Below, piece by piece: positions 41,150 to 52,414 of a stretch of DNA of 64,000 nt. The position numbers were made by a program, and so were the translations under genes. The DNA comes from Catajapyx aquilonaris (Eukaryota), in NCBI GenBank assembly GCA_000934665.2, contig JYFJ02001795.1, forward strand, positions 1 through 64,000. Reading direction: 5' to 3'. The notes below the pieces were generated by a model. The model saw only the letters and a list, made by a program, of their open reading frames with translations, made no database searches and was not told the DNA's origin. Each line of letters begins with the position of its first letter. Position 1 is the first letter of the stretch.

Positions 41150-41955
41150 AACGAAAAAGGTGCATTCACACTAATGTATTTTGCTTCAACCGAAAAAATG
41201 TGCACTTAGACCCCCGTTTTTTGGTTTCAACTGTGGAGAAGTAGGACACTTTTTGCTGGTGTGTATTTTCCGAAAGATATACTGTAATGCAGAGTATTGT
41301 TAATGAAACGAAAGAAAAAAGGTGCATTTAGACTCCTGCCTTTTGCTTCAAACGAAAAAAGGTGCGTTCAGACCCCTGTCTTTTGGTTCAAATGAAAAAA
41401 GGTGCATTCAGACCCCTGTTTTTTATTCAGCTGTGGAGAAGTAGGACACTTTTCGCTGGTGTGTATTTTCCGAAAGATATACTGTAATGCAGAGTATTGT
41501 TAATGAAACGAAAGAAAAAAGGTGCATTTAGACTCCTGTCTTTCGCTTCAAACGAAAAAGGTGCGTTCAGACCCCTGTCTTTTGGTTCAAATGAAAGAAG
41601 GTGCATTTAGACCCCTGTCCTTTGCTTCAAATGGAAAAGGTGCATTCAGACCCCTGTCTTTCGGTTCAAACGAAGAAAAGGTGCATTCAGACCCCTGTCT
41701 TTCGGTTCAGACGAAGAAAAGGTGCATTCAGACCCCTGTCTTTCGGTTCAAACGAAGAAAAGGTGCATTTAGACCCCTGTCTTTTGCTTCAAACGAAAAA
41801 AGGTGCGTTCAGACCCCTGTCTTTCGCTTCAAACGAAGAAAAGGTGCATTCAGACCCCTGTTTTTGGCTTCAACTGTGGAGAAGTAGGACACTTTTTGCT
41901 GGTGTGTATTTTTCGAAAGAGATGTACTGTAATGCAGAGTATTGTTAATGAAACG
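41150..41955 (+). repeat. Compound tandem repeat: 39-41-bp unit A (AAAAGGTGCATTCAGACCCCTGTCTTTCGGTTCAAACGAAG) punctuated by 80-bp unit B (CTGTGGAGAAGTAGGACAC...GTTAATGAAACG)
   Basis: B at about 41231, 41431 and 41874; order approximately A2-B-A3-B-A9-B. Confidence 0.9.
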
Positions 41956-42377
41956 TCGGAGGAGTCCAGTGATCGTGGATGATGGATGGGGACTGCTTTG
42001 AAGGTAACACTGGGAACAATGTGGAATAATGTGGAAACAAAGTTCCCCCAAAATGGAGCGGTCCAAATGAGATTGTCAGGGGTGGTTTATGGAGCTGGCC
42101 GCGCTCTGAAAACTGTTGATGGTTGCCAGGGGAGTGGAAGAAGATGCAACAAACAGTCATTGTCACTGTGGAGGATGAATTGTTGCGGTGAGATGTGGTC
42201 ACGTGATTCAAATGAGGCCACATTATTGGCTGACATTATAGTATCATTAACGATACTATTTGCCCCCAATGAGACCTCAAGCCTCTTGAAAGGGTATGAA
42301 ACAAACAATCAAACAAATAACGAACAATGTATTGTCAATTTTTAATTAACTGCTCATTATAATATGAATACTCATCG

Positions 42378-42745
42378 AAAAAGTCTTATAGAACGGCTTT
42401 GTCCGTCCGTCCGTCTGTGGACAGGTATCAGCCCCTAAATTATATGAGATAGCAACAAACTGGTTTCGGATTCGGATTCAGCACACTCTAAATTGGTTTT
42501 ATGATCAACTTCTGGTGACTGTTCATTTCGGTTTTCCGGGTTCACTCTATACCCCAAGGTCAAGTCAGCACGATTAGGATATATTGCGTTGCTTGGCAAC
42601 GGAAAATGAGACTGACAACATTCTGTCATTGTCCAATTAGAATCGTATCGTGTATCGGCCACAGATCAAACAATTTCAACGAAGTTGTCCAGCTCATTCC
42701 CCTTGTCCAATTAGAAAACGTTTACTCGAATCACACTCTCGTTAT
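42378..42745 (+). mobile_element. HINE-family copy
   Basis: GAAAAAGTCTTATAGAACGGCTTTGTCCGTCCGTCCGTCTGTGGACAGGTATCAG, then TTCCGGGTTCACTCTATA, and a decayed 3' end GAAAACGTTTACTCGAATCACAC. Confidence 0.65.
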
Positions 42746-42795
42746 GTTATATAATTTATATAATATTTAAAATTCATGCCTTACATTTACTCGTA

Positions 42796-42863
42796 CTTAA
42801 CACTTATTTTCTTCTCTTTCTAGGTGAGTGACCCAAATTACGTCGCATACTGTACAGGTATGG
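42796..42863 (+). other. Candidate recursive splice site (ratchet point) with a 34-nt cryptic exon
   Basis: Branch-like CTTAAC (42796-42801), tract TTATTTTCTTCTCTTTC, TAG|GTGAGT at 42823/42824, and a second donor CAG|GTATGG at 42857/42858. Confidence 0.55.
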
Positions 42864-43744
42864 TAACAACCTTTGACCCATCCAGACCATATCTCAGGAC
42901 TTGGTCTAGACTTTCGCATTGTTTCGCACAATGGCTCCGGTCAAGCGGCTTATTTAGGGCTTGGCCGATAGTATCGCCAGGTCCTTAAAAGGATCGGTGT
43001 GCGGCACGTGAACTAACCATTCACAAGGAGGCTCATAATATTAGCCCAATTGCAGTTATTTTACTAGCGAAATAACAATTTAGCCATTTTTTTGACCTCT
43101 GGATTTTAGGCCAAGGTGGAGATGGGGATAGGCGGTAGAATCAGGCCATTGTTGCCATGTTATCCGGGTTAATAGAACACTTAGCACTCGCTTAGCAACA
43201 ACGATAAGAATTTTGGCGAATTGGCGTGAGCTGTGGGCGTTTCGACCACAAAAAAAATATTTCGCGAAGAGCGTTTGGAACATTTTCAATTGACATGTTG
43301 GTCGCACGTGATTGCGCATTATTGCGAGTTGACGTGAAGGCAAATGAGCATCATTTCGCACTTAGGTGCAGGTCATTTCCAGCATGATTGACGAGTTTGA
43401 CGAGCACATGATAGTCACACTTTAAAAAAAAACTAAAAACGAGAGCAAATGATATGCTCCGAAGGTTACATGTGTAGATTTGAATTTTGCAAATTTGAAA
43501 CACCAGTTTCCAGGAATCCCTGACATTTATTATGCAAATATATGAGCGAAAAAATAATTAATGGAAATTGACATTTACCGTATCAATTTTGAGGAATATT
43601 ATAATTAAATAGCAAATTATGTAATATAATGATGATTTCTGTAATATTATATTACCCTTTCAGTAATAAATTCAGATTAATATGAAATTAAATAGTGGTT
43701 CAAATTAAATAATGATTCAAATTTTTCTGATGAAAATATTGTAA

Positions 43745-44055
43745 TTAAATAATTTATGATTGAAATATATTAAATAATTTATGATTGAAATATATTACAT
43801 AATTTATGATTGAAATCAATTGTAATGATATAATTTATGATTGAAATCAATTGTAATGATATAATTTATTATTGAAATCAATTGTAATTATATACTTTAT
43901 GATTGAAATCAATTGTAATTATATACTTTATGATTGAAATCAATTGTAATTATATACTTTATGATTGAAATCAATTGTAATTATATACTTTATGATTGAA
44001 ATCAATTGTAATTATATAATTTATGATTGAAATAAATTGTAATAAAATAATTTAT
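43745..44055 (+). repeat. 31-bp AT-rich minisatellite TTTATGATTGAAATCAATTGTAATTATATAC
   Basis: Period 43896 to 43927; about 9-10 copies including shorter 24-bp variants. Confidence 0.9.
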
Positions 44056-44147
44056 GGCTAAAAATAACAACCCCGGTTATTTAAATTAATTAATTTTAAT
44101 TATCAAATGTGAAACTTAAATCAGTTCAGCTTCAATATACATGTATC

Positions 44148-44355
44148 CAGGGTGTTCTAAATTCGTGGGTCGCTTTTATAACTGATATTGCACCATAGCA
44201 ATTATTTTCATAGCTTGTGGCCTGATACTCCCAGGGAGTCAATTATAGCCGTTGCTATAGAATGGGGCATCTGATAGGTGCACAAGCTTGTACATAAAAA
44301 CTGCTATCGGGCGTTATTAGTTATAAAAAACGTGCCACGAATTTGGTACACCCTG
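44148..44355. mobile_element. Tc1/mariner-type MITE
   Basis: TIRs CAGGGTGTTCTAAATTCGTGG / CCACGAATTTGGTACACCCTG followed by TA; paralog at 50765-50990 in the opposite orientation. Confidence 0.85.
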
Positions 44356-45234
44356 TACATTCATAGCAAACCTGCATTTTATTTAACTACCGTTACATAT
44401 TGAATGGGAATAAACTGATATTAAAATATATTAACTAGGTTGGTGTTGCTAATATACGGTACTCCCAGTAATGAAAGTACCGGTAGTGTTGGTACATTCT
44501 TCCCATAAACAAATCCGGGCAATTCCTCCTAATTGGAAACTAAATGCATTTACAGCTAAGGGATTTACGCCGTAATGAAATTGTTGTAGCCAAACCCCAC
44601 CCAACCGAACTACTACACCAGGGTTTAATTTTCCGGGCTTTTCCAGTCCGAGTCCAGGGAACTATATTAGTCTGGTTCGGATACCGAAGAGAGGAGTCCC
44701 ACAGATGGAGAACCGCATTCTCCCCCCTTCCCTCCCTCCCTACCCCGCCTTCCCCCACCCTGAAAAATAATTAACACTGCGGACCCAGGGCAAGGAAGGA
44801 GAAAATACGGCAATTCATTCCGGGGCTACAAGTTTCCTCCTGGAACACCCTTAAGGGACGGTTCAAATTGTACGGGGTTTGCCCCGGATTACTGGCCCTG
44901 GAGAAAATGCCCGATCCGGTTCACAATCCACATAACAGCTAATTGCTTACTCGGGTTTCAAGGCCCGCATTGTTGCGAGTACGTCTTGCAGATTCGGTGT
45001 CCGGTTGGTGATAAGTTGGGTGTAATTATAGTGGTTGTCACTTATTTCAGCGTGACTGTACTTTAATTAGGGGAACATTTTTGGTGGTTCAGTTAGCGGA
45101 CAAGATTGGCCTGGTTAATAGTGTCATTAAGAATAATCACACGAAGTGTTAAATTTTCTAATCAATATTAGCCACATTTTATTATAAATTATTGATTTCA
45201 GTTATTTCTAAAAAATATTTTAATTGATATTAAA

Positions 45235-45400
45235 ATAATAATTATTTATTGAAATCTAACTATTAAAATAACAATAATTTATTGAAATCTAACTATTAAA
45301 ATAACAATAATTTATTGAAATCGAACTATTAAAATAATAATAATTTATTGAAATCGAACTATTAAAATAATAATAATTTATTGAAATCTAACTATTAAAA
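45235..45400 (+). repeat. 33-bp AT-rich minisatellite (about 5 copies) within an AT-rich tract 45140-45970
   Basis: Period 45251 to 45284. Confidence 0.85.
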
Positions 45401-47342
45401 CACATGGATTATTAATTATTAGTTATCAAAATCTTCACGAATTAATGACCAACTCATGGAGGTTTTAATAACTAATATGAACAGTTATTTTAGTATCACA
45501 TTCTACGTGCAAGTTAACAAAAATTTATCGTTTTAACTATTTTAGATATTAATAATTCATATGAAGTTATATTAGTATTGGTTTTATCATAAAATTTAGC
45601 AATTTATAGGGTAATGTAATTAATTAACAAATTAATTTTAGTTCAACCTTAAATAATACCAATACTAATACAACTGTAAATATTAGTTCAATTCGTGAAG
45701 ATGTCTATAACTAATATTAACAGTTATTTTAGTATAGGTTTTAATCTAAAATATGACAAAAATGTATTAGTTAATGTCATTAATTAACTTAATAAATTAT
45801 GTTAAATTTATTTTACTTTTAGTTATTTTACATTTTAATAACCAATTGACCTCATATTGAACTAATAAAAACTGATTACATTACCTAATAAATTTTTGTT
45901 AAATTTGATAAAATATTACTTTAATGTCAATTTAAATCGTGAATATTTTGATAAGTAATATGAACAGTTATGACTGTCAATTCTTTCTCGCTGGATGCAA
46001 ATGGCTATTAATACAGTATAAGTCGGCCAAAGGCATTCTTATTGACCCCTTCAATTAAATAGCCATGAAACTAACTCTGATGAATGGTTTCGCAAGCTTT
46101 TCAGACGGTTCACTGTCACATCGTGCAACCATCGTACGTGACGCATAAAACACGTCAAGTTTGATTCCAGTTGACGTCAAAGATATGCGACATTCCCAGA
46201 AACATGGTCGCAGGAAATAACCGCTTCTTTTTTTTGTAGTTATTCATCAGTGCAGCTATTTTCTGCTGTAATTTCTCACTCATAATCGCTTATCTTCTCA
46301 AAACTACATCTGTCGCCAAAATTGTGATCAAATCTCGCGTGTCACACGACACATTGTATAGGGGGTGGTCGAAATTCCATTTCGAGTGGGGGCTATGCTC
46401 GGTTCAGGGCCGCAGTGCGAATAATTTTGATCACATTATTAGAAGAGCAATCAAGGGAGCAATAAACAGTAGTAAGTTAACTAGTAGTAAGGTTAGGTTA
46501 TTCGCCACTTGAGGCAGCAGTGTAGCCAACCCCATTTCTAACTAATTGAGCCATATTTGGCAACAATGTTCAGGAATTCGCCATATGCGTGACTAAAGAG
46601 TTATTTGAGGTCATATGATAACCGTACTTGACATTATTGCAGCGAATTTTTGTCGCCAAAAAACTGCACTCATTTTTCCTATGAAATATGATGGGTGCGT
46701 CGTATAGATGCGCTTTTTTACCCCCTCCTCCCATCCCCGCCACCCTCCACCCAACGCAATGGCCCACATACATAACTGCTCGGGGCACGCAAATCCCCAT
46801 CATAATAACGCCAAAAACATGGCCAATAATAACCGTGTGGCCGTGCCAAAATAATGTGAATAGCACTCTCCACCAATTGCAGCTCGTGTTTCTATTCAAT
46901 CATCGGATTGGCCAATCATCATCTGACATTGTTTCCTAATTTCTCTCATTATTGACCCTATCCATTGTTTAAAATGCAGTATTTTTTAGTGTGTTCAGAC
47001 GGCTGTCACAAACTGCTGATTTTTTTTTCATGTCAGCTAGGGTGCGTTTGTGTCGCTGTCAGTCACAGATCTCCCAGGAAAACTGGCTGGAAAATGGCAT
47101 TTTGTAAGGGGGGTAGACGGACTAGGTCTTTTTCTCGTGAGGTGTCAATCTTCTTTCCAATATTCCCTTGGGCCTAGGCGCCATTATTGCCAGACAGAGG
47201 GTAGGAGGAAGAAAGTTGGGTCACGTTGTCGCGGTTTTTATGACGAGACATGGCGTCCAAATCTAGTCAGAAGTGTGCTGATAGGAGACTCCCAGGCGCC
47301 TGGACTGTCAGGATTGGACAAAAGGACATACCTATTCTCTGC

Positions 47343-47625
47343 AATTTTAGATTTTTCTCGTCAAAAAAACGTCTTATAGATCCACTCTGTCCGTCTGTCC
47401 GTCTGTCCGTCCGTGGACAGATATCAGAACCTAAACTGCAAGAGGTAGCGACAAACGGTTTTCGGATTCGGATTCAGCTAAATTGATATCATGCTCAACT
47501 ACCGGTGATATTTTTACACGAGCAAATATATCGATTTATTAAAATATTATCTATATCAATCACGAATATTGAGTAACATTTTAGCAGAAATATTGGCAAA
47601 TCACTCGAGCGTGATTCGATGTAAA
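47343..47625. mobile_element. HINE fragments: + strand 5' part (47343-47482) and - strand 3' end (about 47585-47620)
   Basis: TTTTAGATTTTTCTCG...GTCTTATAG, (GTCY)n and GTGGACAGATATCAG; then TTGGCAAATCACTCGAGCGTGATT. Confidence 0.65.
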
Positions 47626-47629
47626 TAGA

Positions 47630-47870
47630 TCTATCTATGTGTTTAATAAGCCATATATCGATTTTTCTAATTGACATTAATCGATATGTCGAAGTTTATG
47701 ATAGTGTTAATCGATATTTCTGTTTGACATTAATCAATATATCGATATTTTTGAGCAATGAAAATCGATATATCGATGTGTAGTCTATGTGAAACTATAT
47801 ATCAATGTTTTCTGGTCGATATTATTCCATAAGTCGAAGTTTCTGATGATATTAATCGATATTCCGGTTG
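47630..47870. repeat. ATCGAT-rich block
   Basis: Repeated TTAATCGATAT and ATATATCGAT. Confidence 0.75.
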
Positions 47871-48594
47871 TGTCTGAATCACATTAACCGACTAAATGTA
47901 AATTTTGTTGCCCGTAATGCTTCCCATTGTCACTTACACTACTTACATTCCTCACAAGTTGGCCACATCTCCAGCAGTTGAAACACACCACAACTCATTT
48001 ACAAAATCCCAACAATTTCGCCCAATTCGCCCCAACTTTTCGTCTTTTTGCCCACAAAAAAAGGTCAGTGAGTAACCGAACCTGAGGAAAATGAAAAGGC
48101 GACAAAAGTGCTGGCAGGGAACATACAGTGCGCATATACTCCAGGGGTACTTGTACCTGCAAGTGACATTCGTGGACAAGGCCTGGGTTTGTTTGTGGCA
48201 AATTTGAAAAGTTTCTGCGGCAAGCTGGCGCTGCAGGTTTGTTAGGCTTTACTGCATCGTCAGCGAGCCTCAAATTTTCGAGGTAGGGGGTGGTGGGGAC
48301 ATGGGAAGGATAGCAGAGGGGAGGGGGACCCCCGTTGCAACCCTGCGGTTTAATTTCCTGACCTGCCAGAGAGAAGGGCCTTTTCCGGGCTTGCAAAGTC
48401 ACCAGGACGTGGTCATATCGGCAGAGGCTGGTTACTATTGCCAACTTTGCCAATATCAGACGACGACTCGCACTGCAAGGAGACCTAACAGTGAAGGAAC
48501 TTTGGATGGATCCGGTTGTCTGAAATAATCAGATGTGAAGTCTGTCCACGAGATGGCAGGTAGAAATTGCGCATGCGCACTGCATTTGGAGACA

Positions 48595-49470
48595 CATCGG
48601 TTAATATCGAGCAGAAACGTCGCTATAATAGACTAATGCAATCAGAACTATCGACGTATCCCCTAATGTGAAACAAACATCGATATATCGATTAATATCG
48701 AGCAGAAACATCGATAAATACACTTATATCTATCAGATCGATGTATCACATAATGTTAAACAAACGTAGATATATCGACATATAGCTTAATATGTCAAAC
48801 AAATGGAGATATATCGACATATCGCCTCAGGTTCAGCGAAGGTAGATAATTATATCGACATAGTGACATATCGCCTAATGTTAAACAAACTTAGATATAT
48901 CGACTATTATCAAGCATAAATATCGACATATCGCCAACATATCGCTGAAGGTGAAACAGACATCAATATATCGATTCACACATAGTAAAAGATATATATT
49001 TGCATCTGCCAGATTTATACATATTGATGCACACGAGCAATATATCGATATTTTTATTAATATCGAGCAAGAACAATAATTTACATTAGCAAGAAATTTG
49101 ATATATCGATTAATATCGATAGGTCGAATATTATCAATGAGAAATGTCGATATATCGCCTAATATAAAACGACACATCGATATGCCGATTCACACCAGGC
49201 AAATATATCGATATATTAATTAATATCAATCTGGAATATCGATTAACATTATCATAAATTCAGGATATCGATTAACATTATCATAAATTCAGGATGTCGA
49301 TTTATATCGAGCAAAATATCGACATATCGCTTAATATGTAACAGGCATATCGATAAATATATTCTCAACGAGCAAAATGAACAGCAAAATTTATTAACTT
49401 TAGCAGAAATTCCGGTATAGGCCTACCAATATTATCGATCCGAGACATCGATATATCAATATATCGTCGT
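48595..49470. repeat. ATCGAT-rich degenerate repeat block
   Basis: Dense CGATATATCG, AATATCGAGCA and ATATCGACATATCGC. Confidence 0.85.
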
Positions 49471-49517
49471 GTGACACATACTATTAGCTATTTATGATGC
49501 TTTTTCACTTGTTTCAG

Positions 49518-49532
49518 AACCGAAACGTTCCG
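49518..49532 (+). other. Candidate 15-nt microexon AACCGAAACGTTCCG
   Basis: Acceptor TGCTTTTTCACTTGTTTCAG| and donor CCG|GTACGT; frame-preserving and free of internal stops in all three frames. Confidence 0.4.
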
Positions 49533-50764
49533 GTACGTGACCAGTTCGTTTCCCTTTCAGCCCTGCCATGTTAATTTCCCCACTAATTGACCGTCTGATG
49601 GCCTGCATACTTTAAAGCGGATTAGTGCTGTAATGGCATACGGGGCCTAAATGCGTGAACACACCCGGCTTTTGGGCTTCAAAATTGTTATTCCCTTCAC
49701 GCATTTTACGTGACATATTGCGTCAAACTCGCGATAAATTGGCGGTTACCGATATTTTGTTGGGCGGGTAACAAGGGCTCATGCAACTCACCACAAAATC
49801 AATTTTCACTGCTATAAAACCCTCATAGCCTGTGGGGGTTTATAATAACGTCAGCTGCATCAGAATAGTCCACTGCTATTTTAGAGAAAGGTTAGTTTTT
49901 TTAGGGAAAAAACCGCACATTTTAACCACCGAAAACATTGGTTGGGCAGGGTTGATTATTATGACGCGATACCGCAATTTCAATGTTCATAATAACGGTT
50001 TAACGGTTGCGAAAGGTAGCCAGTAACACAATGCGTCGATCACTTACTTCACTTCACTGGAGTTTGCATTTGTAACGTCTAGAGGACGCTACAAAATTTG
50101 CTTCAACCGTGTCTACATCTCGGGTTCATTTTAGCGCAGATGTTATTTATAACGACAAAAATCTATGCGATTTTAACTTACAAGTACTGGAGTAGTACCA
50201 GTATATCTTTTATTATCCTGCAGTGCAACAATAATACAGCTACTACTTGCGTGAACTCCAATAATAATCCTTTTAGGAAGAGTTATTTTATATGAGTTCG
50301 TCAACAAAATAGTTCTAACGACAACAGTTACTGTAAGTAACTTACAGTCATTGTTGTCGTGAGAACTATTTCAGCAGGAGTTATTTCATTAATGACAATC
50401 TGGTAGCTATTACTACATGATAACACTTATGTCGTGTTATTAGCGGCTCTTGCACCTAAGGAAAGCCATATTAATCTTGCAGCTATTTTTCTTGAATAAT
50501 AGCTACTCTAGTACAAACTGACTGACAGCAAACTTGCTAACAGCAACAAACAAGAATCACTGCATAACCTGATGTAACCTAACTCTAGAAATGGGCAGTA
50601 AGTGCTTCTTACTGTGGCTTTATTTGGTATTAATAGCTGTTATTTTTACATTAAAACAGCTGTTATGCTCAGTACTAGGGAAGTAGCTACTTTAGGCGAA
50701 TAGTTTATCATTTTACTTGTAGGTTATTGTAGGGATATTGTACTCTAGTAGCGGTTATAATATA

Positions 50765-50990
50765 CAGGGTGTCCAAATGCGTGGGTCGTTTTTTGTAACT
50801 TATATCGCCGGATAGTAGTTCATTTTTGTAGCTTGTTGTGCCCCTAGCCATGTGCCCCATTCTATAGCAACTGCTATATTTGACCCCATGGGTGTAATGG
50901 GGAACATGAACCGGGGCACAAGTACAAAAATTACTGCTATTGGGTGATATCAGTTACAAAAAATACGTTCCACAAATTTGGAATACCCTG
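50765..50990. mobile_element. Tc1/mariner-type MITE with TA TSD
   Basis: TA|CAGGGTGTCCAAAT...ATTTGGAATACCCTG|TA. Internal TGCCCCATTCTATAGCAAC is the reverse complement of GTTGCTATAGAATGGGGCA in the 44148 copy. Confidence 0.9.
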
Positions 50991-51244
50991 TAGGCTATAT
51001 TTTATTCCATAATTTTCATTTGATTGCAAATGTTCCAAAATGTATAATATTAAAATCCTTTGTTTTATGGTTGTGCCTTCCGATTGGCCCTGGCCGCATA
51101 TGGTTGTTACCGCGACGCTTCCTATTGGCCCGCGTTCTACGCATGTGCTATGTGCAATGGGTGGAAGAACTCAGTGGTCTGCTGGAGGTCGGCGAGTACA
51201 CGTCTCGTTGACTCTCCCGTGACACCTCATAACGCATTAAAATA

Positions 51245-51572
51245 AGAACCGTCATGGCATAAGGAACGAACCAATCATGGTTCAAGGAACGAACCAATCA
51301 TGGCACAAGGAACGAACCAATCATGACATGAGGAACGAACCAATCATGACATGAGGAACGAACCAATCATGACATAAGGGACGAACCAATCATGACACAA
51401 GGAACGAACCAATCATGACATGAGGAACGAACCAATCATGACACAAGGAACGAACCGATCATGACCCAAGGAACGAACCAATCATGACATGAGGAACGAT
51501 CCGATCATATCACAAAGAACGAACCGATCATGACATGAGGAACGAACTAATCATGACACAAGGAACGAACCG
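51245..51572 (+). repeat. 23-bp minisatellite AAGGAACGAACCAATCATGACAC (about 14 copies)
   Basis: Period 51261 to 51284. Confidence 0.9.
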
Positions 51573-52414
51573 TTACTTTGAACACACTGTAACCGCATGA
51601 TACCTAACTGCATATGGCTGTATACAGTAGAATAAATTTTCCCGGTTTGTGTCCATGCAAAGTAGGCTCGTGTGAACCCACCTCACCCCAACTGATCATA
51701 TTCAAAGCAACAACCGCCTTATGCAAATCCAGTCTGCAAATCCTCCAGACTTGATATCAAGATGACTGAGAGATATAACCCTCCAGCCTTCCCCACCATC
51801 CTGCTCCGCCATTTTGGATGGAACCACTGCTTGAGAACACGACCGTTTGGCTTGCCTCCCTAATTGAGCTCCAATGAAGCGTCGTAGCCCGAATGCTAAT
51901 CCCGGTTCCAGCCTAGGACCAGGCCTTATCTCTCAACCTCGTCTTGCGCCGCTCAAAACCGCCCAGGAAGAGACACCCCTAATAGTTCAGGGAGGGGAGG
52001 AGAACTAGGATTTCTAGGATGGGATTGGGTACAAAATGGGAGGGCTGAAATGAGCAGAGCGGTTCAGATAAACATAACGGGGCGTGAGGAGGTTGTTAGC
52101 AGCCGCGATTAATTCTGGGGAATGGAACAGGGTTCAACTGAATTTTGGAAGTAGGGGAGTTCTAGGCTGGACAAGTGAAATGGGGGGAGCGGATCAGGAT
52201 CAAATGGGGTGCACGCAAATGAGAGGAACAGATGCTGAGAGAGGAACGGAGGCGAAACTTGTCTTCATCCAATCAGAAGAGCCCCGAATTTTTCCGGGTC
52301 TCTGGTTGGCACACTAGTACAGGCAACAGAATGAGCCACCTGGCAAGTACAGCAATCAGAACGCGCTTCACGTTCGTTCCGTTCCACACTTCTAACTTTA
52401 TGTTGGGAGTACAA

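Noticed and set aside
41522..41948. ORFs with repeated KGAFRPLSF peptides; possible CRISPR-like array
   Set aside because: Pure tandem repeat with no unique spacers and no cas genes; eukaryotic context.
46077..46105. CTGATGA hammerhead-ribozyme core word (also at 9237, 43727 and 47843)
   Set aside because: No following stem II plus GAAA, and no stems I/III could be built by eye.
49517..49540. EPKRS peptide reminiscent of the Hox4 homeodomain N-terminal arm
   Set aside because: Followed by GT then a stop, with no homeobox downstream; too short to assign a gene.
50984..50993. TACCCTGTAG, matching the start of miR-10
   Set aside because: It is the MITE terminus plus the TA TSD; the rest of miR-10 and its hairpin are absent.
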